From a virus, in IMG/VR virus record IMGVR_UViG_3300043468_001414, positions 1 through 64,000 of that record: a stretch of DNA of 64,000 nucleotides; one strand, 5' to 3'. The notes under the pieces were generated by a model, which did not search any database, had not been told where the DNA came from, and was given only the letters and a program-made list of their open reading frames with translations. Both the position numbers and the translations under genes were made by a program. Of the stretch, positions 1 to 9,000 are shown one piece after another. The stretch's first letter is position 1, and the number at the start of each line of letters is the position of its first letter.

Positions 1-127
1 GGATTCGCCGTGACATATTCGCGACTCATTCCCTTTCAATTAACAAGGGGATTCGCCGTGACATATTCGCGACTCATTCCCTTTCAATTAACAAGGGGAT
101 TCGCCGTGACATATTCGCGACTCATTC
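1..127. repeat. 48-bp perfect tandem repeat, about 2.6 copies visible (may extend left of the window)
   Basis: Unit GGATTCGCCGTGACATATTCGCGACTCATTCCCTTTCAATTAACAAGG restarts at 1, 49 and 97; no spacers. Confidence 0.95.
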
Positions 128-157
128 AGGCGAGATCAGGAGCAACTATTTTCCCGA

Positions 158-189
158 GATATACATACTTATACATAAGTATATATATC
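158..189. repeat. AT-rich near-perfect palindrome
   Basis: GATATACATACTTAT-AC-ATAAGTATATATATC, 15-bp arms with one mismatch. Confidence 0.8.
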
Positions 190-265
190 CGTCGATTTCA
201 AATGTGTGAGGGGGCCGTCCATCTGGAATTGGTGAAAGGGGCCGTCCGTCTCTTGTCGGTGAATG

Positions 266-290
266 GTTGACCATTTCGCGGAATGGCATG
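266..290 (+). promoter_or_regulatory. GTTGAC-N15-18-ATG motif, first of 20 copies (putative late promoter / leaderless start)
   Basis: GTTGAC at 266, ATG at 288; the other copies are listed in findings. Confidence 0.7.
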
Positions 291-530
291 AGCAATGATT
301 GGATCGAGATTTACCGCGACTACACGCCTGTGGAGTTGGATGCGGAGATCACGAAATTGAAGCAGGAAGCCACGCTCTACACCGCCCAAAACATTGGGGA
401 CAAGGGATACCAGAAGTCTTTGGAAATGGTGCAGAACCGGCTCCATGCCGCCATCCGTGTGCGGAGCGAGCGGCGGGTGGTCGGCGGGCAAAACCCTTCT
501 TGGGGTGTCCCCGACTTTTCGGGGATGTAG
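288..530 (+). CDS. Putative head completion protein (lambda gpW-like)
   Basis: 80 aa; helix, short beta hairpin (TAQNIGDKGYQKS), helix; upstream of a lambda-type portal; start set by the GTTGAC motif. Confidence 0.5.
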   Translation: MSNDWIEIYRDYTPVELDAEITKLKQEATLYTAQNIGDKGYQKSLEMVQNRLHAAIRVRSERRVVGGQNPSWGVPDFSGM

Positions 531-546
531 GTTGGGGAGGCGTGGC

Positions 547-738
547 ATGAGGTGGTCGGAAAAACATCGCGCGACAGGGCGGGAAGTTTTCTTTCAAGAG
601 CTTCGTAAGAAATTCAAGCGTCCCGCGCCGCCTGCCATCGAAGAGCGCGTGGAGTCGAAGCCAGAGCCAAAAGTCCGACAGATGGGGCTGGCGGAATATA
701 TCCAGGCAAACAAGGCGCCGTCCGTGGCGCATTTATAG
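547..738 (+). CDS. Hypothetical protein
   Basis: ATG 547 fills the gap between flanking genes. Confidence 0.45.
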   Translation: MRWSEKHRATGREVFFQELRKKFKRPAPPAIEERVESKPEPKVRQMGLAEYIQANKAPSVAHL

Positions 739-744
739 TAAGTT

Positions 745-778
745 TAGCAAGTTTAGCTAAACCGCGATAAACTTGCTA
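745..778. promoter_or_regulatory. 11-bp perfect inverted repeat (operator or hairpin)
   Basis: TAGCAAGTTTA-N12-TAAACTTGCTA, intergenic, just upstream of GTTGAC at 791. Confidence 0.5.
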
Positions 779-813
779 TAAGGTCGGCCCGTTGACCCGT
801 CCGTAAAGGGGCG

Positions 814-1374
814 ATGAAGACTCGAATGGTCGTGGTGGATACGGAGACGGGGGGCTTGCGGGCGGATCGCCATGCGTTGCTCTCGATTGCGGCGGTGGAT
901 TCCTTGGGGGGTGATGCCTTTCATTCCTTGATCCGCCCCTCGGCGGATTGGCTGGTGGATGAGGAGGCTCTTAAGGTGAATGGGTTGTCGTTGGATTTTT
1001 TGCGGGATGCGGGTCGGGCGGAGTCGGTGGTGATGCAGGAATTTGTGATCTGGATGCAGGCGCGCAAGGGGGCGCTTTTTGCAGGGGCGAATCCGGCGTT
1101 TGATGCGGCATTTTTGGAAGCGGCGGGGAAGCGGTGCGGGGTCGCATGGCACGCGGGCCGTTCGCTCGACCTCCGCGCGGCGGCGTGGCTGGCCTACGAG
1201 ACGCAGGGGCTGGAGCTTCAAGTGGACAAGGAGGGGAATCCCAAGCTGTCGCTGGATAGCATCGCGGGGGCGTTGGGTTTGAGCCGTTCGGGGGATAAGC
1301 ATGATGCGCTGGAGGATGCCTTGCTGACGATGGCGTGCTTTAAGATGCTGTGCATGGACGGGGTGAAGGCATGA
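814..1374 (+). CDS. DEDDh 3'-5' exonuclease (DnaQ-like family)
   Basis: Exo I DTETGG, Exo II NPAFD, Exo III HDALEDA. Confidence 0.9.
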   Translation: MKTRMVVVDTETGGLRADRHALLSIAAVDSLGGDAFHSLIRPSADWLVDEEALKVNGLSLDFLRDAGRAESVVMQEFVIWMQARKGALFAGANPAFDAAFLEAAGKRCGVAWHAGRSLDLRAAAWLAYETQGLELQVDKEGNPKLSLDSIAGALGLSRSGDKHDALEDALLTMACFKMLCMDGVKA

Positions 1375-2012
1375 GCGAGTTCCAAGAATTCCCCAAAATG
1401 GCTCGCCTTTCGCGCGAGATGATCGTGACGGAGAAGATCGATGGCACGAATGCCCAGGTGTTTATCGCTGGTCTTGGCACGAGTTTCCCACCCGCCTTTG
1501 TGATTGCCGAGGGAGCTTGCGACGGGAATCCAGCGGTGATGCTGGCGGGGTCGCGCTCGCGGTATCTCACGCCGGAGAATGACAATTTCGGTTTCGCGGC
1601 GTGGGTGAGGGATCACGCGCAGGAGCTTTTCGGGCTGGGGGTTGGCAGGCATTTCGGGGAATGGTGGGGGAGCGGCATTCAGCGGAATTACGGCCAGAAG
1701 CGGAAGCGGTGGAGCCTTTTCAATGTCTCGCGCTGGTGCTTGCGCGGGCAGGAACCGCAGCGCATTCCTTCCGCAGATCCCCGCGTCGAGAAATACCAAG
1801 AGGTATTGCCCGAGTGTTGCGATCTGGTGCCGGTGCTGCATCGGGGGGTGTTTTCGACTCTGCAATGCGAATTGGCGCTGGACGAGTTGCGGATGGGGGG
1901 CAGTAAGGCCGCGCCAGGGTTTATGAATCCCGAAGGCATCGTCGTTTTTCATGTGGCGGGGAATGTGGGATTCAAAAAAACCCTCGGCAATGACGGGGCT
2001 AAATCGGTATGA
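1371..2012 (+). CDS. RNA ligase-like nucleotidyltransferase (Rnl2-type adenylation domain)
   Basis: Motif I TEKIDGTNA, FGEWWG.GIQ, EGIVV, terminal FKK; ATGA overlap with the upstream gene. Confidence 0.8.
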   Translation: MSEFQEFPKMARLSREMIVTEKIDGTNAQVFIAGLGTSFPPAFVIAEGACDGNPAVMLAGSRSRYLTPENDNFGFAAWVRDHAQELFGLGVGRHFGEWWGSGIQRNYGQKRKRWSLFNVSRWCLRGQEPQRIPSADPRVEKYQEVLPECCDLVPVLHRGVFSTLQCELALDELRMGGSKAAPGFMNPEGIVVFHVAGNVGFKKTLGNDGAKSV

Positions 2013-2188
2013 AAGAGGCTAAGCCCGAGTATCCTAACTGGGTCTGTATGGAGTGCGGCCTCAAGCATGGGCGGCGCGCTCCAGGGGTGGCTACTTGGCA
2101 TGAGGAGGAATGTGATGTGTGCGGGCGGAAAGCCTCGGTGACTGAGCCGAGGGATTTCGGACATTTCCCGCGCTGGGGGGATGAGTGA
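2009..2188 (+). CDS. Small zinc-finger protein (59 aa, not in the ORF track)
   Basis: MKEAKPEYPNWVCMECG...CDVCG; two CxxC pairs; ATGA overlap. Confidence 0.65.
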   Translation: MKEAKPEYPNWVCMECGLKHGRRAPGVATWHEEECDVCGRKASVTEPRDFGHFPRWGDE

Positions 2189-2211
2189 GGTTGACCCTTC
2201 CCTTTAAGGAT

Positions 2212-2367
2212 ATGAAGATCAATAAATCTCAAATCAGACAGATGTATTGGGAGTGGGTGCAAGAGAATGTCGAGGATTATCGTTGGACTACCTATATGAA
2301 CCCGCCCGATATTGTGGATATTATTTGCGACCTCGTTGAGAAGGCAACCTCCGAAACAGCGGAGTGA
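2212..2367 (+). CDS. Hypothetical protein
   Basis: GTTGAC 2190, then ATG 2212. Confidence 0.55.
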   Translation: MKINKSQIRQMYWEWVQENVEDYRWTTYMNPPDIVDIICDLVEKATSETAE

Positions 2368-2561
2368 TTCACGAATTTCGTAATCCCCTGCCGGTTGTGA
2401 CTCCTGTGGGGGGTGGGTATGCGATTTATGTGCGGGATGGGGGCACTTGGGAAAATGATGTGTGGGCCGTGGCTATGGAAGAAGGCGGGCAGGTGCGACA
2501 TTTTCGGAGCGATCAGATCCGAGTCCACGCAAATGCCACCTTCGATATTTCCAAGGAATGA
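2364..2561 (+). CDS. Hypothetical protein
   Basis: Overlaps both neighbours by 4 nt (translational coupling). Confidence 0.6.
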   Translation: MIHEFRNPLPVVTPVGGGYAIYVRDGGTWENDVWAVAMEEGGQVRHFRSDQIRVHANATFDISKE

Positions 2562-2875
2562 ATTGCCCTGTCTGTGGCAAGGCGACAAGGGTGGTGGATA
2601 GTCGATCCCTTGAGGGCGAAGTCAAGCGCCGTCGAAAATGTCCTAAAGGCCATCTCTCCTACACGATGCAGGCTCCCGAGTATTTCGTGGCGGGCCGTGC
2701 GGCGGGCAGGCCCAAAGCGGCAGAAAAAAAACTCCCCAAGCCCAGGAAGAAGATCAAACCGAAGAAGGCCGCTCCCCTCCCCTACCCGCCTGCGATGAAA
2801 GAATGGGGGCTTGCCGTCACCAAGGACTCCCCGCTGTGGCTCAAGAGCATCGCCATGAAGCTGGACGAGCGTTGA
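2558..2875 (+). CDS. NrdR-like N-terminal zinc-ribbon protein (no ATP-cone)
   Basis: MNCPVCG..TRVVDSR...KRRRKC matches the NrdR N-terminus; Lys/Pro-rich tail. Confidence 0.7.
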   Translation: MNCPVCGKATRVVDSRSLEGEVKRRRKCPKGHLSYTMQAPEYFVAGRAAGRPKAAEKKLPKPRKKIKPKKAAPLPYPPAMKEWGLAVTKDSPLWLKSIAMKLDER

Positions 2876-2893
2876 CCGCCCCGCAATGAGCGT

Positions 2894-4618
2894 ATGAACT
2901 TTCTGGATCGCGCGGTTTCGTTTCTCAATCCCCAAGCAGGCGTTCAGCGGGCGTTTGCGCGGGAGAAGCTCAAGGCGTTTGGCTATGATGCGGCGCATCC
3001 TGGCACGGCGCGTGGCGGAAGTGGGGGTAGAAACAAAAATGCCTCGTCCGAGACTTGGCGGATGCAGCGGGATCGGGTGATCTTGATGTGGGATGCGCGG
3101 GATGTGGTGCGGAACTTTGCTCTCCTGCGTGGCATCGTGGCTCGCATCGTGCAGTATGTGGCGGATACCGTGCAGTATGTGTCGCAGACGGGGGATGAGG
3201 AAATCGACTCCCTTTACCAAGACTTCTTCCATCAATGGTGCGAGCGGGCCGACATCACGGGGCGTCACCGGCTCGGCGATCTGGTGAATATGATGGTGTG
3301 GGCGATGATCGTGGATGGCGATCACGGCTGGCATATTGTCTCGGTGGATGAGGATGGCAAGCAAGTGCCTAAAATTCAACCGATCGAAGCGGATCGAATC
3401 GGCGACCCGAACAACCCGATTGCCCCCGGCGAGGAGAGCAATATCGGCGGGATTTTAGTCGATCCTGTGGGCCGCCCGTTGAGCTACAAAATCTTCAAGC
3501 GCGACCGCCGCACGGCGATGTATTCGTTTGACCGCGAGATTCCTGCCGATCAGTTCATTCATATCTTTGACCCTCAAAGAGTGGATCAGTATCGCGGCGT
3601 CACAGCCTTGGCTACGGCGATTGCGCCCGCCCGCGACCTCTACGAGATTTACCAATTTGAAAAAACCGCCGCGAAGTGGCAAGCGGGCTATGCGGGATTC
3701 CTCAAGACGCCCGATCCGACTCGGGGCGATGGCGGCGTGAGTGCGTGGAATGGCACGACCATGGGAAGCAAGTCACAGACGAACATGGGCTTAATGGAAG
3801 TGGCCCCAGGGAAAATCCAAAAGCTCGCGGCAGGCGAAGACATCACTTTTGCGCCCGGCACGAATCGTCCAGGCGGGGCGTTCATGGCGCTGGTGCAGGT
3901 GTTGGTTCGCGAAATTTCGAGCGGGCTGAATATGCCCTACGGCTTCCTTTACGACATGACGGCTTTCAGCGGTCACACAGGGCGCATCGAGATCGCTCAG
4001 GCCATGCGCGGCATCCGCCGCCTGCAAAAGCTCGTCGGCGAGCGGGCGTTGAATCCCGTCCGTGATGCGGTGCTGGGCTATGGGATCGGAATTGGCGAGT
4101 TGCCGCCGCACCCTCAATGGCGCAATGGGCGGTGGGGCTTTGGGCGTTCGCTCACAGGGGACTACGGCCACGATACCACGGCAAATTTGCAGATGCTCCA
4201 AAGCGGGCTCGTCACCGCCTCGGATTTGATTTCCGAGACAGGACAGAGCTTCGAGGAGATAGTGCGCCGCAGCGCCAGCGAGGTGGCCTATATGCAGCGA
4301 GTCGCCACCGAGACAGGTGTGCCGATCGAACTCTTTAATCAACGCATCCCGAATCCGACCCAAGCCCTTGCCGCTATGGCCGAGCCGCCACAGCCGCCGC
4401 CGCCTGGCCTCGTTCCGCAGGGGCTGGATGTGAAGCCGCTCTTGGAGCTTCTGAAAAATGTGGGCGAAGGAATATTGGATCGCGAAAGCGCGATTATCAA
4501 TCTGATGAACCTGTATGGCGTGGAGCGCAATGCGGCGGAGAAGATGATCCCCGATGGGCCGGTGCAGAAGAAGGGATTGACCACGGAGGACACGGAGAAC
4601 ACGGAGGGGAAAAAATGA
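2894..4618 (+). CDS. Portal protein, lambda family
   Basis: 574 aa; YDAA, ARDVVRN, IEADRI, GILVD..GRP..Y, QYRGV motifs of lambda gpB-like portals. Confidence 0.9.
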   Translation: MNFLDRAVSFLNPQAGVQRAFAREKLKAFGYDAAHPGTARGGSGGRNKNASSETWRMQRDRVILMWDARDVVRNFALLRGIVARIVQYVADTVQYVSQTGDEEIDSLYQDFFHQWCERADITGRHRLGDLVNMMVWAMIVDGDHGWHIVSVDEDGKQVPKIQPIEADRIGDPNNPIAPGEESNIGGILVDPVGRPLSYKIFKRDRRTAMYSFDREIPADQFIHIFDPQRVDQYRGVTALATAIAPARDLYEIYQFEKTAAKWQAGYAGFLKTPDPTRGDGGVSAWNGTTMGSKSQTNMGLMEVAPGKIQKLAAGEDITFAPGTNRPGGAFMALVQVLVREISSGLNMPYGFLYDMTAFSGHTGRIEIAQAMRGIRRLQKLVGERALNPVRDAVLGYGIGIGELPPHPQWRNGRWGFGRSLTGDYGHDTTANLQMLQSGLVTASDLISETGQSFEEIVRRSASEVAYMQRVATETGVPIELFNQRIPNPTQALAAMAEPPQPPPPGLVPQGLDVKPLLELLKNVGEGILDRESAIINLMNLYGVERNAAEKMIPDGPVQKKGLTTEDTENTEGKK

Positions 4619-5472
4619 AGGAGTTGGCGCGGGGAGATTTTGCGATTCCGGCGCTTGGGAAGTTGCTGAAGGATCGTTCGTTTCTGGAGCAGTTTGCGAC
4701 CGGCAAGCGCGGGCCGAAGTTGGGGGATTTGAGGGCTTTTCGCTGGGGGCGGGTGGGGAAAAACCCAGTTTTTGCGCCGCAGGTAAGTTGGATTGGAACC
4801 GAATCTGTTATTCCCGCGATGAAGCAAAGCGGATTCGATATTCGCGCTGGCGGGAATCGCCAAGAAGCCCGCAATCACATCGCCAAAATGCTCCGCACGG
4901 GGCGTGCGGGCGGGGATGTGTATGAGCATATAGGCCGTTTTTTCTCCGTCAAGCTGCGCTTGCGCGAATTGGCGCGTGGTGACTATGCGATACCGGCGTT
5001 GGGGAAGATGCTCAAGGATCGTTCGTTTTTGGAGCAGTTTCTGACAGGCAAGCGCGGGCCGAAGATGGGGGATTTGTCTGTTGGGAAGATCTACCCAGGG
5101 GGTATGATTTCTGCGAGAAGACCTCCTAAAAAATCAGATTTCCAAATTGCAGGATGGACTAAGGGGCAGATGCTGGGCACTGAGCCGGTGGGGCCGCAGA
5201 ATGCCCGATGGAGAGATGCCCTTATCGAAGAAAGAATTCGCGGGAGAAAAGAAAACTTCAAAAAAAATAGGAGTTCCCTATCTGATGTTGCCAGGAATGT
5301 GCCGTTTCCTCTGGGTCTCACTGCCGAGGAGGCCGCTTGGGCTCAATCTGCTCGAACTGCTGCTCGAAATAATGCTGCCAAGATGTTGCGCAAGGGGCGG
5401 GCTGGCGGCGATGTGTATGAGGACATAGACCGCAAGTTTTTCGCTGTTGACCGCACGCCCTTCGGGGAATGA
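4615..5472 (+). CDS. Basic two-module protein with LRELA linker (putative head cargo)
   Basis: Internal duplication ELARGD[FY]AIPALGK...AKMLR.GRAGGDVYE; linker FSVKLRLRELA at 4942. Confidence 0.7.
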   Translation: MKELARGDFAIPALGKLLKDRSFLEQFATGKRGPKLGDLRAFRWGRVGKNPVFAPQVSWIGTESVIPAMKQSGFDIRAGGNRQEARNHIAKMLRTGRAGGDVYEHIGRFFSVKLRLRELARGDYAIPALGKMLKDRSFLEQFLTGKRGPKMGDLSVGKIYPGGMISARRPPKKSDFQIAGWTKGQMLGTEPVGPQNARWRDALIEERIRGRKENFKKNRSSLSDVARNVPFPLGLTAEEAAWAQSARTAARNNAAKMLRKGRAGGDVYEDIDRKFFAVDRTPFGE

Positions 5473-5732
5473 AGAAAAAGCGTTCTCGCCCCAGTCTGGC
5501 AGGTAAAACTTCTTTGAGAGGCACGGGCTGCCTCTCGGCTAATCAAGCCAAGCAATTCAAGGTGCATCAATCTTCGGAATGGAGGGAGATGAAGTGGGGG
5601 GAGCGTCTCAAGCTCGAAATGGAGCGCGCGGAGGCTTATTTCTGGCGGCAAACAGCAGATCGCCGACAGATTCAAAAAAATTATCTCGCGGCAAAAATTT
5701 GGAAAAGTGGATTTAATTATGGAAAAGCATAA
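5469..5732 (+). CDS. Hypothetical basic protein
   Basis: GTTGAC 5446, then ATG 5469. Confidence 0.55.
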   Translation: MKKKRSRPSLAGKTSLRGTGCLSANQAKQFKVHQSSEWREMKWGERLKLEMERAEAYFWRQTADRRQIQKNYLAAKIWKSGFNYGKA

Positions 5733-6057
5733 ACAAACCCTGCGCGAGCTGGCGGCTCGCAGTGAACGACTCGTAGAATTTAAAGATCCGCGCCTTGAAC
5801 GCGCGGGCGTTTCGGGATTTAATCAACCCAAGCGCACTCCGAACCATCCTACAAAATCTCATGTAGTCGTGGCGAAGTCCGGCGATCAAGTGAAGACGAT
5901 CCGGTTCGGACAGCAAGGAGTCTCGGGCAGTCCGCGCAAAAAAGGCGAGTCCGATTCCTATCGCAAGCGGCGGGAGTCCTTCAAGGCGCGCCATGCGAAG
6001 AACATCGCCAAGGGTAAGATGAGCGCGGCGTATTGGGCAGACAATGTGAAATGGTGA
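5719..6057 (+). CDS. Small basic phage protein with an N-terminal LRELAARS..EF leader
   Basis: Core KSHVV.AK.GD..K.IRFGQQG...RR.SFKARH...SAAYWA..VKW recalls a widespread uncharacterised phage family. Confidence 0.7.
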   Translation: MEKHKQTLRELAARSERLVEFKDPRLERAGVSGFNQPKRTPNHPTKSHVVVAKSGDQVKTIRFGQQGVSGSPRKKGESDSYRKRRESFKARHAKNIAKGKMSAAYWADNVKW

Positions 6058-6061
6058 TCCT

Positions 6062-9000
6062 ATGAGCGAGTTCATCCGCAAGGCCATCCAGAAGAGTCTC
6101 CTTTTAAAAAAGAAACCGCACTTGGCTCCCAAGGCCACGCCGGTTACTGATCCTGCGAATTGGGAGGATGCGAAGTCCAAATTGCGGGAAATCCTTCGCG
6201 CTAATGGCGGTAAGCCAGGGCCGTGGCTAGATGACAATGGGCAGATGCGGTTGTTGACGCGGCGGTGGGTGGGGATGAAGCGTTTGAAAGAATTTCGATA
6301 TGATGCGCCTACTCCTCAAGAGGAGCGCCGAGGGTTGTTGCGGACGGGGCTTCTGGCTGGGGGCATTGCTGCTGCTGGAGGGCTGGCGGGCTTGGGGTTG
6401 TATAAGTCTGGGTTGTCTTCTTATGCTCGGCGCGCCGATCGTTTGGAAAAGCTTGTAAAGAAAATCCATGGGCAAAGGACGAATCTTGGCCAGAAAGCCA
6501 GGGATGCAGCGGCATCCCGCGGAGCGGCCAAGCAATCGGCTCAAGACGCTTCTATTTTCTCTCAAGGGCTTCGCGAGAAGCGTCAAGCAGCGGCAGCGGC
6601 TGTTGCGGCCAAGGCCGCGCAGGCGAGCGAGGCCGCCAATGTCGCGGCAGCAAAGAAATTTAATAAAACAGCGACTGCTTACTACGATCCCGCAAGTGCC
6701 GCGAATAAGCGGGTGGCTCGTGAGGCGTCTGTCGCCGCAAAGAAAAAGGCGCCAGTTTCCGCGCCCTCAGTTCCTAAAACAGAAATTCCCGAGGAAGTTT
6801 TTTCGGCGGTTCCAGAGGCTCCGATCAAGAAAGCTGCTGCGGCTCCGACTGAAAAATTTTCCAGTTGGGCTCAAGCTAAGGGAGCATTTAATAAAGGGAA
6901 AATCACTAAGGAGCAACTTGACAGCATGAAGTTTTCCTCGGCAGAAGTTCCTAAAGAATTTGATTTTCAGAATGACGAGGGGGGCATTCCCCTCACGGGG
7001 CGCGTGGCTCGAGATCGGTTCGTGAAGAAAATCCGTGATGAGGACTTGGATCGCCGCGATGCGAATATCCTGCGCGCTGGCGGCGCAGGGGCGTTGGCGG
7101 GGTTGATGTTCCGTGGCGGCCTTTCCCGAGGCAAGCGTGCATTGATCGGTGCTGGAGCGGGAGGATTGGGGGTAATTGGCATCCGCGCCCTTACGAATAA
7201 CGATCGAGACATTTACGGCGAGCGCAATCGCGGGAGCAAGCGCGCCGAGTTGATTCCTGCCGTAGGCGGACTCGGTGCGGCGGCATGGCTTGGGATGCGG
7301 CGCTTTAAAGGATTATCATCAAAGCTGCGCGGAACAAAATTTTTCGAGAAGCGGGAGCGCCGTGAGAAACGGGAGTTGAATCCCTATGTGGGGGCGGCTC
7401 TCTCGGGTGGCGTAAGCGGGGCGAGCCTCGGCGCGCTGTCATGGCTCAAGCGTGGCACCTCCGTGGCTTCGGCTGGAGCGACTGCTGCGAAGTTGGGTGC
7501 ACTCAGCGCCGGTATCGTCGGCGGCGGGGCCTTGATCGGTAGCCGCATCGTGGGTGATCCTCGCAAGGAAGAGGGAGCGCCGTTTACGAAGCGCGCGGCC
7601 TTGGGCGGGGCTATAAGCGGAGCCTTGGTAGGTGGCGCGGGTGGGCTTTTGCTTCGCAATACGAAGTTTATGAAGGATGCCGCCAAAACTTGGCGTCCGG
7701 CAAAGTGGATGACAGATGCTCCGGCTCTCGGGGCTGGCGCTCTTGGGGCTCTGGGCGGCGCGGTGATCGGTGGGGCGCAGGGGGCCGACGAGGGGCAGCA
7801 GGTTGATTCGATCCGCAACATCCGAAAGGACATAAAGCAAAAGAATTTTTCTCTTCGTGAGTTTCGCGCGTTGCCAGCGGTTGCCGTGAAGCAAGTTTGG
7901 AAGACTGATCCTGCGCTGCGGGCGGATTTTGCAAAACGGGTTGTCGCTAAAGTGCGGGCGGCTGTGGCTGCGAATAACAAGCAATACGGGGTAAAGGAGT
8001 TCCAAGTCTCTCCGCTCAATGTGGAGTCGATGGCCAAGACGAAAGAGCGTCGCGCCAGCGAGCGGGCTAATTTTTTGAAAGGCATTGGCGTAGCGGCAGC
8101 TGTGGGACTTGCAGGAGTTGGCGGGTATAGGGTGGGCCGTGTGATCAGTAAGGTGGATATCAATGCTGCCAAACGGGCGGCAGAAGCTGCTTCTGAGGAA
8201 GCGGGATGGCAAAAGCGTAGTGCTGAAAGATGGCGTAAAAGTTGGCAAGATGAGGCGTCGAGTGCTTCTCGTGCGCGGCAGGAGGCGTCGAGTGCTTCTC
8301 GTGCGCGGCAGGAGGCCCGTGCGAGTTCGTGGAGAGAAGAGAATCGCAAATGGGAAGAAGATTTTCGGAATAAGTGGGGTAATCCCCAAGGTTCCAGTGG
8401 TGCGAGTTCATCTGGACATGACAGTGATTACGCCAAGCGAAGCGCGGACGCTGCCAAGAAGTGGCGTCAAGAGCAGTCCAGATCCTCGGCTTCCTCCTCC
8501 AGCTATCGTGCTGAAAGCGGAACAGGATCGAAGGATTACACCCCCCCGCCTAGATCCAGGGCGAAGGGAACCGGCGAAGATCGCAACCCTCATGTAGGCA
8601 CTGCTAAGGAGGATGCTTGGGAGAAATGGCGCGCGATGGATCGCATGGCTAAGGAATCTAAAAATGAAGGCGAGCGCGAGACTGCTGCTCGCATGAGAGA
8701 TATGTGGAAAAAGAAACATAATTTGGCAAGAAAGCTGCGGGGGTTGAAGTTGTTTGGACGCGATGATCAGCCTCGTTATCGAGAAAGCAAGGTGTGGGCT
8801 GATCCGGTCATGGGTTGGATCCGAGGGGATGACTTGGTGGATAAGGATGGCAATAAATGGAGTCCTACCTCGCCGCAGCTTGTGAATGCGATGCACAATA
8901 AAGCGCGCGGCATTCGCGTGAATGTGCAGCGCGGGGCGGGGTTGGCGGGCGATACTTCGGCTGTATTGCAGGGTAAGGAGCGCGAGCGCGATGCCAGTGG

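Noticed and set aside
1-127. CRISPR array
   Set aside because: Repeats are contiguous with no unique spacers, and no cas genes are present
10-270. 86-aa ORF with a 16-aa repeat
   Set aside because: It is a by-product of the 48-bp repeat being a multiple of 3 and runs through the AT-rich palindrome; no other coding support
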